From an uncultured archaeon (GTDB taxonomy: Archaea > Thermoproteota > Bathyarchaeia > Bathyarchaeales > Bathycorpusculaceae): a stretch of DNA of 64,000 bases. A program made the translations under genes and the position numbers. The stretch's first letter is position 1. Every line of letters begins with the position of its first letter. The notes under the pieces are model-generated. The model was not told the DNA's origin and ran no database searches. It worked only from the letters and a program-made list of their open reading frames with translations. The DNA is taken from assembly GCA_963810275.1 (NCBI GenBank), contig CAWENF010000020.1:69970-133969 (forward strand), given 5' to 3'. Shown here piece after piece: positions 1 to 9,644 of the stretch.

Positions 1-615
1 CAGTGAGACTTTTCCAACTACATCTTCCACGGTTACTTCGTAGGACACGACGTTATTTAGGAATCTACTGCGGTAGTTTTCCCACTCTGAACCCTTATAT
101 TCTGGGCTACTTGGGTTGCCCCAAGTGGCGTCTATTTTGGTTAAGGTTTTGTTGGTGTAGGAGCCTACTGGGACGGCGAAGTCTGCAATAACGATTTTTA
201 CGCCGGGTCTTACAAGGTCAAGCAGAGAGGTTATTTGTTGGGGGTTGTCTTGGGGTACGAGTACTACAATTTTGTTTCTGGTAAAGTTTTGATAACCGTT
301 ATAGAGAAGGTCAGCTTCGTTTAGTTTTTTGGTCCATTTTTGGTCTGCTGCCATGTATACGTCGCAGGGTGAGCCTGAAGTGATTTGCTGGTAGAGGGTA
401 TTTGACCCTGCGAAGTTAAGAATAATGTTACAGTGATTTTGGGTGTTGAATTCGTTGGTCATGCTGGCGGTAACTTTTGTGAGGCTAGCAGCTATGAAAA
501 CGCGAAGTTCTTCTTGGGGTTTGCTGTCTGTTTGGGTTGAGTTGTAGAAGTAGTATCCGCCTGCTGTAGCGACCGCTATTATTATGATTAGGAGTATTGC
601 AATGGTGGTGTTCAT
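1..615 (-). CDS. modA: Molybdate ABC transporter substrate-binding protein (3' end beyond the window edge)
   Basis: Manual translation from ATG 615: MNTTIAILLIIIIAVATAGG (membrane anchor), LRVFIAASLT, NFAGSNTLYQQITSGSPCDVYMAAD, VPVGSYT, VEDVVGKV. Open to position 1; absent from the ORF track because no stop lies in the window. Confidence 0.9.
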   Translation of the reverse strand, partial: MNTTIAILLIIIIAVATAGGYYFYNSTQTDSKPQEELRVFIAASLTKVTASMTNEFNTQNHCNIILNFAGSNTLYQQITSGSPCDVYMAADQKWTKKLNEADLLYNGYQNFTRNKIVVLVPQDNPQQITSLLDLVRPGVKIVIADFAVPVGSYTNKTLTKIDATWGNPSSPEYKGSEWENYRSRFLNNVVSYEVTVEDVVGKVSL

Positions 616-625
616 ACAGACCCAC

Positions 626-651
626 TCGATGTTACCACCCAGTAACTTCGA
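626..651. promoter_or_regulatory. Palindromic operator TCGATGTTAC-N6-GTAACTTCGA between the TATA box and start of modA
   Basis: 9/10 inverted repeat; immediately downstream of a TTTAATTA TATA-like box on the minus strand; a related copy precedes moeA. Confidence 0.65.
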
Positions 652-699
652 TATAATTAAAGGTTTTTATTAACATTTAAGAACAAAACAGCAAAACAC

Positions 700-1620
700 C
701 TAATGACCGCCGCCCTCAATCATCCCATAAACATGCAAAACCCCAGGCAACAAAGCACTAAGCGACTCTGCCACACCCTTCGCACTCCCTGGCAAATTAA
801 CAACCACCGATTTACCACGCACACCACACACGCCACGTGATAGCATCGCAAACGGCGTCCTTCGCTGCCCATACGCCCGGATAACCTCAGACACACCCTT
901 GATTTCCTTTTCCAAAACCTTCATGGTTGCATCAACGGTTACGTCTCGGGGTCCCAAGCCAGTTCCACCGCTGGTAACAACCAAATCCATTTTTGATTCA
1001 TCGCAGAGGCATTTTAGTGTGATTTCGATTAGATCTGCTTCATCAGGAACAACAATATAATCGTCCACAGAGAACCCGTATGACTTGAGTTTGTCAATTG
1101 CAAGTTTACCTGATCTATCATCGCGCTCGCCTCGACTAGTAGAATCACTAACAACCACTACAGCGGCTTTCAGTGTGCGGTCGTATTTAGTTGCAAAACT
1201 CTTTAAGCCGCCGCTCTTACCCAACAACTTCACACTCCCAATGGAGAGTTCCTCATCAACTGGCTTTAACATGTCATAAATCGTTAATGCGGCTACGGAG
1301 GCGGCTGCCATGGCTTCCATTTCCACACCAGTCTTCCAGACCGTTTTAACTTCGGTATCCACAATTATGGAAGCTTCCTTTAGGGTTACGTCGATTTTGA
1401 TGTAGTCTATTGGGATGGGGTGGCAGTATGGGATGATGTCGGCGGTGTGTTTAGCTACCATGGTTCCAGCGTACCGTGCAGCCTCAATGATGTCGCCTTT
1501 AGGGGATTTGCCCTCAAGAATCAGCTTAATGGTTTCCGGGTTAACGTTTACGATTGCCTGCGCCCACGCCTGTCGCAGCGTATCAGGTTTCTCCGATACA
1601 TCAAACATGCCCATTCTCAT
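700..1620 (-). CDS. moaCB: Bifunctional molybdenum cofactor biosynthesis protein MoaC/MoaB
   Basis: MoaC motifs (MFDVSEK, IPYCHPIP, TGVEMEA, IYDMLK) fused to MoaB/MogA motifs (VSD, TSGGTGLGPRDVT, NLPGS). Confidence 0.95.
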   Translation of the reverse strand: MRMGMFDVSEKPDTLRQAWAQAIVNVNPETIKLILEGKSPKGDIIEAARYAGTMVAKHTADIIPYCHPIPIDYIKIDVTLKEASIIVDTEVKTVWKTGVEMEAMAAASVAALTIYDMLKPVDEELSIGSVKLLGKSGGLKSFATKYDRTLKAAVVVVSDSTSRGERDDRSGKLAIDKLKSYGFSVDDYIVVPDEADLIEITLKCLCDESKMDLVVTSGGTGLGPRDVTVDATMKVLEKEIKGVSEVIRAYGQRRTPFAMLSRGVCGVRGKSVVVNLPGSAKGVAESLSALLPGVLHVYGMIEGGGH

Positions 1621-2038
1621 TGTCCTCCAACATTACGCCTTCTATCCATCTGGAGCCTGAATTAGATATTTCTTTCTTCCAAATAGGAGCTGCAGTCTTA
1701 ATCGTGTCAATTGCGTATCGTGCGGCTTCGAAGGCTTCGGCGCGGTGCGCGGCGGATGCGGCTACTGCCACTATGATTTCGCCCACTTTGAGGTTACCTA
1801 TACGGTGCACAGCAGCAAATTTGCTTAGGTTCCACCGTTTGAGGGCATACTGCTCTATACGTTGCATGGCTTCCTGTGCCATCTCTACGTATCCTTCAAA
1901 GTAGATTTCGGAAACTGTGCCTTCGTCGCTGTTGTTTCGCACGGTACCCAAAAACAGCACCACTCCGCCTGCTGCATCGTCCTCAACGTTTTGCAAGACT
2001 TTGGGTACATCTATTGGGTCTGTGGTTACTGAAATCAT
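1601..2038 (-). CDS. moaE: Molybdopterin synthase catalytic subunit
   Basis: GGVVLFLGTVR, HRIGNL, HRAEAF, PIWKKE motifs; start trimmed to MISVTTD. Confidence 0.95.
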   Translation of the reverse strand: MISVTTDPIDVPKVLQNVEDDAAGGVVLFLGTVRNNSDEGTVSEIYFEGYVEMAQEAMQRIEQYALKRWNLSKFAAVHRIGNLKVGEIIVAVAASAAHRAEAFEAARYAIDTIKTAAPIWKKEISNSGSRWIEGVMLEDNENGHV

Positions 2039-2042
2039 TTTT

Positions 2043-2306
2043 TTACCCTCCTGAAACCAGCGGCATAATCGCCACTTCATCACTGGATGTAACTTGTGAA
2101 GTGTCTAGTGCAACGTGACGATTCACTGTGACAATAAAATATGCCTTAGTTAAAGCCAACTGCGGGTAAGTAACTTTTAGCTTGTTTCGCAGGTCAGCTA
2201 CAGACGCAACGTCGCCATTGAGGGTTACTGTGACGTTTTTTTCACCCAATGCCTCACGGAACAGCCCGAAAACCTTCACTTCAACATCAAATTGGTTTTT
2301 AGCCAA
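2043..2306 (-). CDS. moaD: MoaD/ThiS (SAMP-like) sulfur carrier protein
   Basis: VKVFGLFRE and DEVAIMPLVSGG C-terminal diglycine; probable TTG start at 2306. Confidence 0.9.
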   Translation of the reverse strand: MAKNQFDVEVKVFGLFREALGEKNVTVTLNGDVASVADLRNKLKVTYPQLALTKAYFIVTVNRHVALDTSQVTSSDEVAIMPLVSGG

Positions 2307-2311
2307 CCTGT

Positions 2312-3307
2312 TTAGCCTCCAATAGTGTTCATCACGTTTAGGCACGGGTTCAAGCGTCCATTTCGGATTATGCCCACGACGCCTTCAGGTTTTTTCCGGT
2401 AACTCTCGATTAGGAACGTTTCGATTTCAGCGTCGGATTTGCTGCCTCTAAGCAAGCTCTTAACGTCATTAGTAGGGTTTTCAAACAGGCAAGTTAGGAA
2501 TTTGCCATCCGAAGTTAAACGCACCCTGTTGCAGAAAGCACAGAAGGGTTCACTTATCGAGGAAATAAAGCCCAAGGTTGCTTTGTCACCTAAGCTATAA
2601 AGCCGTGCAGGCTCGGAGGAGTCGTTGTTTAGGGGTTGTAATTTAAATCCGCTCTGGCTTAGCTGCTCAAACATTTCAGTTTTTGGGACGACTAAGCTTT
2701 GGTTCCATATGTGGGAACCGTCAAGCGGCATAAACTCAATGAATCGCACACTGACACCTTCATCAGCTGCAAACTGGGCGAACTGGGGGATTTCTTTGTC
2801 GTTCCACCCACGAATGACAACCATATTGACTTTGACTTCCATGCCTTCATCACGGGAAGCCCGTATTGAGTGCACAACTTTAGGCAGACCCTCAATACCA
2901 GTAATGGTTTTGAATTGATTCGGCACCATGGAATCTAAGCTTATGTTTACGCTACTCAATCCTGCCTCTTTTAGTACGGAGATTTTGTCGGCTAGTAAAA
3001 CGCCGTTAGTTGTTAAACCGAGACTTTTGATGCCTTGGATATTCTGCAGTTTCGCAACGAGTTTTTCAAGTTGCGGGCGCACAAGAGGTTCACCGCCTGT
3101 TAGACGGATTTTTTCAACGCCCAACCGCGCAAAAATCCCCGCTAAACGGGTAATTTCCTCGTATGAGAGAACTTCTTCGCGAGGAAACCAAGAGAATTTT
3201 TTGGAGGGCATGCAGTACATGCAGCGCATGTTGCATCTGTCGGTGACTGATACGCGTAGTTTTTTGGGGATTCTGGCATAGTGGTCAACCATCAAGCACT
3301 GTGTCAC
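2312..3307 (-). CDS. moaA: GTP 3',8-cyclase (radical SAM)
   Basis: LRVSVTDRCNMRCMYC, TGGEP, RFIEFMP, FCAFCNRVRL...CL, C-terminal IGG. Confidence 0.97.
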   Translation of the reverse strand: MTQCLMVDHYARIPKKLRVSVTDRCNMRCMYCMPSKKFSWFPREEVLSYEEITRLAGIFARLGVEKIRLTGGEPLVRPQLEKLVAKLQNIQGIKSLGLTTNGVLLADKISVLKEAGLSSVNISLDSMVPNQFKTITGIEGLPKVVHSIRASRDEGMEVKVNMVVIRGWNDKEIPQFAQFAADEGVSVRFIEFMPLDGSHIWNQSLVVPKTEMFEQLSQSGFKLQPLNNDSSEPARLYSLGDKATLGFISSISEPFCAFCNRVRLTSDGKFLTCLFENPTNDVKSLLRGSKSDAEIETFLIESYRKKPEGVVGIIRNGRLNPCLNVMNTIGG

Positions 3308-4593
3308 GTATAAGCGCCTCCTGAGGTGGGTCTTAGCATGTGAACTTCTATGGTTTGGTTTTGTTTTAGTTGTGTTTTGTTTTCGGTGATTATGACTGCG
3401 TCTGAGTCTGTGAGGGTTGAAAGCAAGCTCGCTGCTGCCGCAGATATAGGTTCCGCAAGATAGCTTACGTTTCCGTTTTTGTCTTTTTCTGTTTTGATTT
3501 TTACTCTGACAAAGTTCCGAAATGATTCGTTGAGTTTGACGTCGGCGGTTAGCTTTGCAAGCAATTTAGGCTCAGGCAACCCAGACGTCTGAAGCATTTT
3601 GTAGAGTAGAGGTTTGCCAAATGTGAAAAACGCAAAGTATGCTGCAACAGGGTATCCCGGGCAGTTTAGGACAGGTCTGTCCTCAATCAGTGAAAGCCCA
3701 GTTGGAGAACCTGGACGCATAGCGACGCCGTGCACTAAAACGCCGGGTTTACCCATGGAATTTATAACTTTGGGGGCGTAGTCTTTTTCGCCCACTGAAG
3801 AGCCCCCTGACATCACAGTCATATCGTACTTCAATGCCTTTTCTAAGGCAGCTTTAATATGGACTTCGTCGTCCACGCAAATGCCTAAATCTACAGCTTC
3901 ACCGCCTAATTCGCTAATTAAAGCAGAAAGCATGTAGCGATTACTGTCAAAAATCACTGCACCCAGGGATAAATCTGTACCGACTTCAACGAGTTCGCTA
4001 CCAGTTGAAAAAACAGCCACTTTTGGTTTACAGAAAACCTTGACAGTTGAGACCCCGACGGATGCAACTAAGCCTACATCCTGTGCGCGCAGCCATGTTC
4101 CTTTTTTTAACAGGATTTTTCCTTTCTGGATGTCTTCGCCTATTGGGGACACGTGCTTGCCTTTTGGCACTTCAGTGAAAATCTTAACGAATTTACCATC
4201 AGACTCCGCGTATTCTATCATGATCACTGCGTCTGAGCCTTTTGGAAAACGTGCGCCTGTGGCAACTGCAACTGCCATACCTCCTGAAACTGTATATTGG
4301 GTGCAGTCACCGGCAGATAGTGTTCCTGCAAGTTGGAGGGTAACGGGCGTGTTTTGGGTTGCACCTTTGGTGTCTGCAGCAACAACTGCGTAGCCATCCA
4401 TGGCGACGCGGGGGAATGGGGGCACGTCTATGGGGCTGAAAAAATCTTCGGCTATAACGCGGTTTGCGGCTTCTTTGAGGTTTATGGTTTCTGTTTTTAG
4501 CTGTGTTTGGGTTGCGGCGAGGAACTGTTGCAGGGCTTGGTCTACTGGCGTGTAGTTTTTGAAGCCTTTGTTTTTGTGTTCATGTGGAGATAT
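3304..4593 (-). CDS. moeA: Molybdopterin molybdotransferase MoeA
   Basis: PPFPRVAMDGYAV, STGSEL, SGGSSVGEKD, PGYP motifs. The frame stays open upstream of the track start (4425) through KGFKNYTPVDQAL...RVIAEDFFSPID to an ATA at 4593 preceded by GAGGT. Confidence 0.93.
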   Translation of the reverse strand: MSPHEHKNKGFKNYTPVDQALQQFLAATQTQLKTETINLKEAANRVIAEDFFSPIDVPPFPRVAMDGYAVVAADTKGATQNTPVTLQLAGTLSAGDCTQYTVSGGMAVAVATGARFPKGSDAVIMIEYAESDGKFVKIFTEVPKGKHVSPIGEDIQKGKILLKKGTWLRAQDVGLVASVGVSTVKVFCKPKVAVFSTGSELVEVGTDLSLGAVIFDSNRYMLSALISELGGEAVDLGICVDDEVHIKAALEKALKYDMTVMSGGSSVGEKDYAPKVINSMGKPGVLVHGVAMRPGSPTGLSLIEDRPVLNCPGYPVAAYFAFFTFGKPLLYKMLQTSGLPEPKLLAKLTADVKLNESFRNFVRVKIKTEKDKNGNVSYLAEPISAAAASLLSTLTDSDAVIITENKTQLKQNQTIEVHMLRPTSGGAYT

Positions 4594-4620
4594 TTTTGTC
4601 TACCTCTTTTAGGAAGCAGC

Positions 4621-4646
4621 TCGATATTACTCTTTAATAATATCAA
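4621..4646. promoter_or_regulatory. Second copy of the palindromic operator (TCGATATTAC-N6-ATAATATCAA) upstream of moeA
   Basis: Similar half-sites and the same 6-nt spacer as 626-651; downstream of a TTTATTAG TATA-like box on the minus strand. Confidence 0.6.
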
Positions 4647-4772
4647 CCGAGTAGGAGAACTAATAAACGTTCTTGAACGTATCCAAAAATTTTTTCCCAA
4701 AAAAGTAAACCCATAAAGGGGAACCTGAAATAAATGTGGTTTGTTCAGGGGGTAAAAGTGGGAATAGAAGGG

Positions 4773-4982
4773 TTACTTGCCGATTAACACCTCAGTGGAC
4801 TTCACGATTGCCACAACTTCTTCGCCTTCTTTTAGATCTAATTCTTCAACGGAGTCTTTAGTTATCACAGATGTCACGATGACAGGCATGGTGACTTCTA
4901 TTTTCACTCTTGCAGTTATGACACCTTTTTCTATTTCGACAATTTTTCCTTTAAACTGGTTTTTTGCACTCAACTTCAACAT
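4773..4982 (-). CDS. mop: Molybdate/tungstate-binding TOBE (Mop) protein
   Basis: MLKLSAKNQFKGKI...ITKDSVEELDLKEGEEVVAIVKSTEV is the Mop/molbindin pattern. Confidence 0.9.
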   Translation of the reverse strand: MLKLSAKNQFKGKIVEIEKGVITARVKIEVTMPVIVTSVITKDSVEELDLKEGEEVVAIVKSTEVLIGK

Positions 4983-5388
4983 TGTACATCTCCAAAAAAC
5001 TTTGCCGAGTAATAACATAGACGAGTTTCATACTTATTTATTGAGTAATCAATTGGCAAATCTCACTATCACTACTGTTCATAAACTGCTGCATACAACA
5101 CAAAGAAAACATAAAAAAACCCAGACGCAACTTGCCTTGTGGCACAATAGGAATTTCATCATAGCACAAGACAAAACTGGAGATTACTCTGCAACAAGTC
5201 AGCCATTACCTAATCAGCAACAAAAAATAGACGCCGAAACTAAACCCCAATTAAGGTCGAGGCCGCCAACCGCTTCATTGCATTAGAAAAACAGAAGTCT
5301 AAAAGCGAAAGTCACATCTAACATCTGCTAATCTTGCTTCTAAAAGCATTTATGTATGGAAATACGTTAAAAAGTACGAAGATGCTGT

Positions 5389-5953
5389 ATGTCTGAAAAA
5401 ATGAGAGCTTTCATAGCTTTTGACCTTGCAAACGACAGTGTCGTGAACAGAATTGCCGCGGCACAGAAAATGATTATACAAACAAACGCCGACGTAAAAC
5501 TCGTTGAGCCAAAAAACATCCACGTAACAGTTCGGTTTTTAGGCGAAATCGCCCCTGACATGGCAGACAAAGTCTATGAAGCCATGAAAAACATCAAGTA
5601 TACACCTTTTAACATCCAGCTAACAGGCATGGGGGTTTTTCCCAACCGTCAACTACCCCCGCGTTGTCTGGGCAGGCATAACTGATGGTGCCCAGCAGCT
5701 CACAAGCATTTTTGAGCAACTTGAAATACAACTACATGACCTCGGATTCAAACCTGAACCCGAAGGTTTCAAACCTCACCTAACCATCGCACGAGTCCGT
5801 AGTGGCGCCAACAAACAACGTCTCGTTGATCTAGTGCAACGTCAAGACAACTATGACTTCGGAAACATCAGAGGGGACTGTCTAAGGCTCAAAAAAAGCG
5901 TCCTTTCCCCAAAAGGACCAACCTATACTACCCTTAAAGAATACTGTCCATAG
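5389..5953 (+). CDS. thpR: RNA 2',3'-cyclic phosphodiesterase (2H family); single frameshift near 5645
   Basis: MRAFIA, HVTVRFLGE, GVFP, then in the shifted frame PRVVWAG, PHLTIAR, GPTY, stop at 5953. Both HxT motifs are present; sits next to cca. Confidence 0.9.
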
Positions 5954-5958
5954 GCTGA

Positions 5959-7383
5959 TTGGCTATGAACCAAGACGTGTTAACAAAATGGGTGCTTGCT
6001 AAAACTACTCCTACAGCAGAGCAACAAACAGCAGTTGACGCGTTAGTAAAAAAACTTGAAGTACAGATCGCAGACATAGCCAAAACCCAAGGTGTAACCG
6101 CTAAAATCCGAGTGGAAGGCTCCGTTGCAAAAGGTACATGGCTCGCAGAAGACCCTGACATTGACATTTTCATGCAGCTCCCAACGTCTATCCCAAGAAA
6201 CAAGCTCGGCGAAGTTGGCTTAGGAATCGCTAAACAAGCCGCAACCGACGCTGAACAGTTGGAGCGCTTCGCTGAGCACCCATACCTAGAAGTTTTCTTG
6301 GACGGTTACCGAGTAGACATCGTGCCCTGCTACGACGCAGCCCCAGGCGAGTGGATTAGCGCAACCGACCGCACCCCCTACCACACGGATTACATTAAAA
6401 CACACTTAACACCGAAATTGCAAGCCGAAGTGCGCCTGCTAAAACGATTTCTAAAAGGCATCGGCGTCTACGGCGCAGAAATCAAAATCGGCGGATTTAG
6501 CGGCTACCTATGCGAGCTACTAGTAATACACTTTGGTTCTTTTGCCAAAGTAATCGAAGCCTTCGCCGCCTACAGCAAACACATCGTAATCGACATCGAG
6601 GGCTTCTATACTGAACGGATGCGAGAAATAGAGTTGCTTTTCCCCGAGCCGCTGGTCGTCGTTGACCCCGTTGATAAGGGCAGAAACGTGGCTTCAGCGG
6701 TTCAGACACAGAGGCTCTACGAATTCATAGCTGCCACACGCGCATTTCGAAATGTCCCGTCAGAAACGTATTTTTATCCGCCGTCCACCCATGCTGTTGC
6801 GCCTAACCTTGTGGAGAGCCACCTCTCAGGTGAGAACACTGCTCACCTCTACGTGGTCGTTAACGATATACATGCGGTCCCCGACGTATTGTGGGGGCAA
6901 CTATATCGCACCAAACGTTCCCTGCGCAGGTTGCTAGAGACCAACGGTTTCCAAGTGCTTCGGGATGCCGCCTGGAGTAACGAGAGCAGCTTAAACATTC
7001 TGGTTTTCGAGTTGGAACAGCAGGTTTTGTCTAATGTTAGGAAGCATTTGGGTCCGCAGCTTGAACGTCCGGGTGACTGCGAAAAGTTTCTTCAAAAATA
7101 TGCGACGGAAGAAGCGGTATTGATTGGTCCATATATTGAGGATGGTCGATGGGCAGTTGAAGTGCACCGCAGATATACAGATGCAGCCAAACTTCTGCTG
7201 GATAAACTCTCCGAAAACCCAAAAAACGTAGGCGTCTCAGATCTCATCGCCAAAGCTGTCAGTAGAGAATTCAAAGTTTTAGTGGATGTGCAGATACTTA
7301 AAGTCTATACGGAACACTCGGACTTCGCTGTTTTCTTAACAAAGTTTCTCTCTGGCAAGCCGTTTTGGCTAATGTCCCATTAA
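5959..7383 (+). CDS. cca: Archaeal class I CCA-adding tRNA nucleotidyltransferase
   Basis: GSVAKGTWL, DIDIF, AEHPY, DRTPYH, GFSGYLCELL, DPVD..RNVA. Confidence 0.97.
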   Translation: MAMNQDVLTKWVLAKTTPTAEQQTAVDALVKKLEVQIADIAKTQGVTAKIRVEGSVAKGTWLAEDPDIDIFMQLPTSIPRNKLGEVGLGIAKQAATDAEQLERFAEHPYLEVFLDGYRVDIVPCYDAAPGEWISATDRTPYHTDYIKTHLTPKLQAEVRLLKRFLKGIGVYGAEIKIGGFSGYLCELLVIHFGSFAKVIEAFAAYSKHIVIDIEGFYTERMREIELLFPEPLVVVDPVDKGRNVASAVQTQRLYEFIAATRAFRNVPSETYFYPPSTHAVAPNLVESHLSGENTAHLYVVVNDIHAVPDVLWGQLYRTKRSLRRLLETNGFQVLRDAAWSNESSLNILVFELEQQVLSNVRKHLGPQLERPGDCEKFLQKYATEEAVLIGPYIEDGRWAVEVHRRYTDAAKLLLDKLSENPKNVGVSDLIAKAVSREFKVLVDVQILKVYTEHSDFAVFLTKFLSGKPFWLMSH

Positions 7384-8160
7384 GCCAAGTGCCAGCATAA
7401 CTGCGCCTATGGCGAAGCAGTAGATTGAGAATAAGTAGAATTTTTTTGCTGCCAACGATTTTTCTAGGATTTTTAGTGCTGCAAAACTTACAGAGACTGT
7501 AATTACCAGTGCGGCTGCAAGTTCTAGCGAGTTTATGCCTGCGGCTGCGAGGGCACCTTGTTCTTGGTAGAGGGTTAACCCTGCTGCGGCGATGATTGAT
7601 GGTATGGCAAGAAGAAATGAAAACTTGAACGCTATATCTCTTTTTACACCTAAGAGCAACAGCGCAACTATGGTGAAACCACTCCTTGATGCGCTGGGTA
7701 TTATGGATAACCCCTGCATTACACCTACTATGAGGGCAGTGGAGAGGGAGATTTGGTCGGTGCGTTCTGTGGAGAATCGTGTGGTTAGGAGCATAGTACC
7801 GCTTATGATGAACCAAATTCCGAGCCAAAACGGTGTGCTAAAATAACCGTCTAGTTGGTCGCCTATTGTGAGAGCGATTATGCCGGTTGCAATGGAGCCG
7901 ACGATTATGGGTAAGATGAGGTTACCATTTGCTGAGTGAAAGTCTCTGTGCCAAAGCGATACTAGTACACCTTTGATTGATTTGCGGAAATAAATTAGTA
8001 TGACTAGCAGTGTTCCTGCATGTAAAAGCACGTCAAAAACCAGCGGAACCGATAAACCGAAAAACTGCTCAGCAACCCGCAGGTGCCCTGTGCTGCTGAC
8101 TGGCAGCCACTCGGTTGTGCCTTGAATGAACCCTAACGTGATTGCTTGCAGTAAATCCAT
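7369..8160 (-). CDS. uppP: Undecaprenyl/polyprenyl-diphosphate phosphatase (BacA family)
   Basis: GFIQGTTEWLPVSSTGH, SRSGFT, FSFLLAIP. Confidence 0.93.
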   Translation of the reverse strand: MDLLQAITLGFIQGTTEWLPVSSTGHLRVAEQFFGLSVPLVFDVLLHAGTLLVILIYFRKSIKGVLVSLWHRDFHSANGNLILPIIVGSIATGIIALTIGDQLDGYFSTPFWLGIWFIISGTMLLTTRFSTERTDQISLSTALIVGVMQGLSIIPSASRSGFTIVALLLLGVKRDIAFKFSFLLAIPSIIAAAGLTLYQEQGALAAAGINSLELAAALVITVSVSFAALKILEKSLAAKKFYLFSIYCFAIGAVMLALGLMGH

Positions 8161-8209
8161 GTGTGGTCGCTTCTACTGCTTTTAACTGTGATGATATTTA
8201 AGGACGCGC

Positions 8210-9396
8210 TTACTGGGTGACGCTGTGGTACCAACTTATGATATATTCAGGTAGATTCAAGCCGTTTTCACCCAATCTCTCTGCCAGTTTAACGGGCAAG
8301 GGGCTGAGTACGAATGCTGCTCTTGTGTAGAAGCATCTAGGGAAACTGGGAAATCAGCAACAAGTACTGCACTGGATGCGGTTTGACTTCTTCGAGCAAT
8401 ATGATTTTTAAGTCTGCTTTTTGGGAAAGCGTGGAGTCTTCGTTTCTTGTTATGGCAAAGACTGTGCCTGAGAATTTTTTTAGAACATCCGCCCAGAGGA
8501 TTACGGGGCGAGTTTCGCCTGAGCATGAAAGAAGAATTTCGAGGTCACCTGCACGGGGGTGAGGGTGTTGACTCCTCGGGTTATATAGACGTTGTCGCCT
8601 AGGAAACTTTTGATGTGGAAAAGCCGTACACCGGTCATTTTGGCGATTTCGTTTGCCTTTCCTCTGCCGCCTAAAAAGAGGTTTGTGCGTTTTTCAAGTA
8701 GATCAACGAGTTTTGTATGGGTGTTTGAGTTGACGTTGACGTCGATCATTTCAGCGACTCGTTTAAACTCTTCAGTACATAACTGGAAGACTTCGTTGAC
8801 TTCTACGTTACTGTAGATAGCTTCAATTATATTGTTCAGCAATTCTAAGGTGCCGAGTCCAAATATGTCGCCAATCATGCCCGTTTCAGCGTATTCGAAG
8901 CTGGGTTTTAGTTTGCCTCTGCCTTTGAGTTGAACGACGTGTCAATACTGAGCGGCAATTTCTGCCATCGGGGACTCCTTTGCTTAAGTGAACAGGCCTA
9001 TAGAGAATTGGATAGATTTTATTTCTTCTATGTACTTGTCTAAGTCTTGCGCCATGACCAATGGATCGTCGCTGTAGCCGCTGCCTGAATTCATTAGCAG
9101 AAGCGTCTTTTTGTACCGTCGTTCTAGGTCAGGCGCAGCGTCATACATGCTTTTACCAGGGAAACCGGGTCGTCTGGTGTTAAAACCACTTTTGTTGCGC
9201 CAACCAGCTGTAGCCAACGCTATTTGGCTAATGGCGGCGTTAAGCGAGTAAAGTGAGCGACCTGAGCCACCGCAGATAACGAAGTCTGCGCTTTTTGAGC
9301 TCCTCATAGAGGGGTGCTAAATCTTTTTTCTTGGATGGATAAAATGTTTTCCTGTATTCTGTTTACGTATCCGAAACTGCAGTTTTGGGCGTTCAT
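8210..9396 (-). pseudogene. Tandem SIS-domain (phosphosugar isomerase / HxlB-like) gene, fragmented
   Basis: Fragments in several frames carry two SIS-type motif sets (GGSGRS...NSGSG and GGRGKA...SCSGET). Multiple frameshifts plus an in-frame TGA near 8943. Confidence 0.7.
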
Positions 9397-9644
9397 AGTT
9401 AGGGCACGTATATTTTAAAATGATTCAGGATTGAATATTATTCTTGTGCTTGCAACACATGTCTTAACTTGATTCTAATTTACTGCTAAAGCTGAAACGC
9501 CGCTTCAGAGAGCCGAGAGAGGTGTTGCTCGACCCGATAGCCGCCTCCAAAGTTATATACTAGGCGGAAATCTTTGGGAACATATGTTTTGTTTTTTATG
9601 TGGGTGTGGACGCATGTACTCGACTACACTTTCTGCAAAAGAAT

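Noticed and set aside
4777-5286. 169-aa plus-strand ORF and similar long antisense ORFs
   Set aside because: Shadow of mop and other confidently assigned opposite-strand genes.
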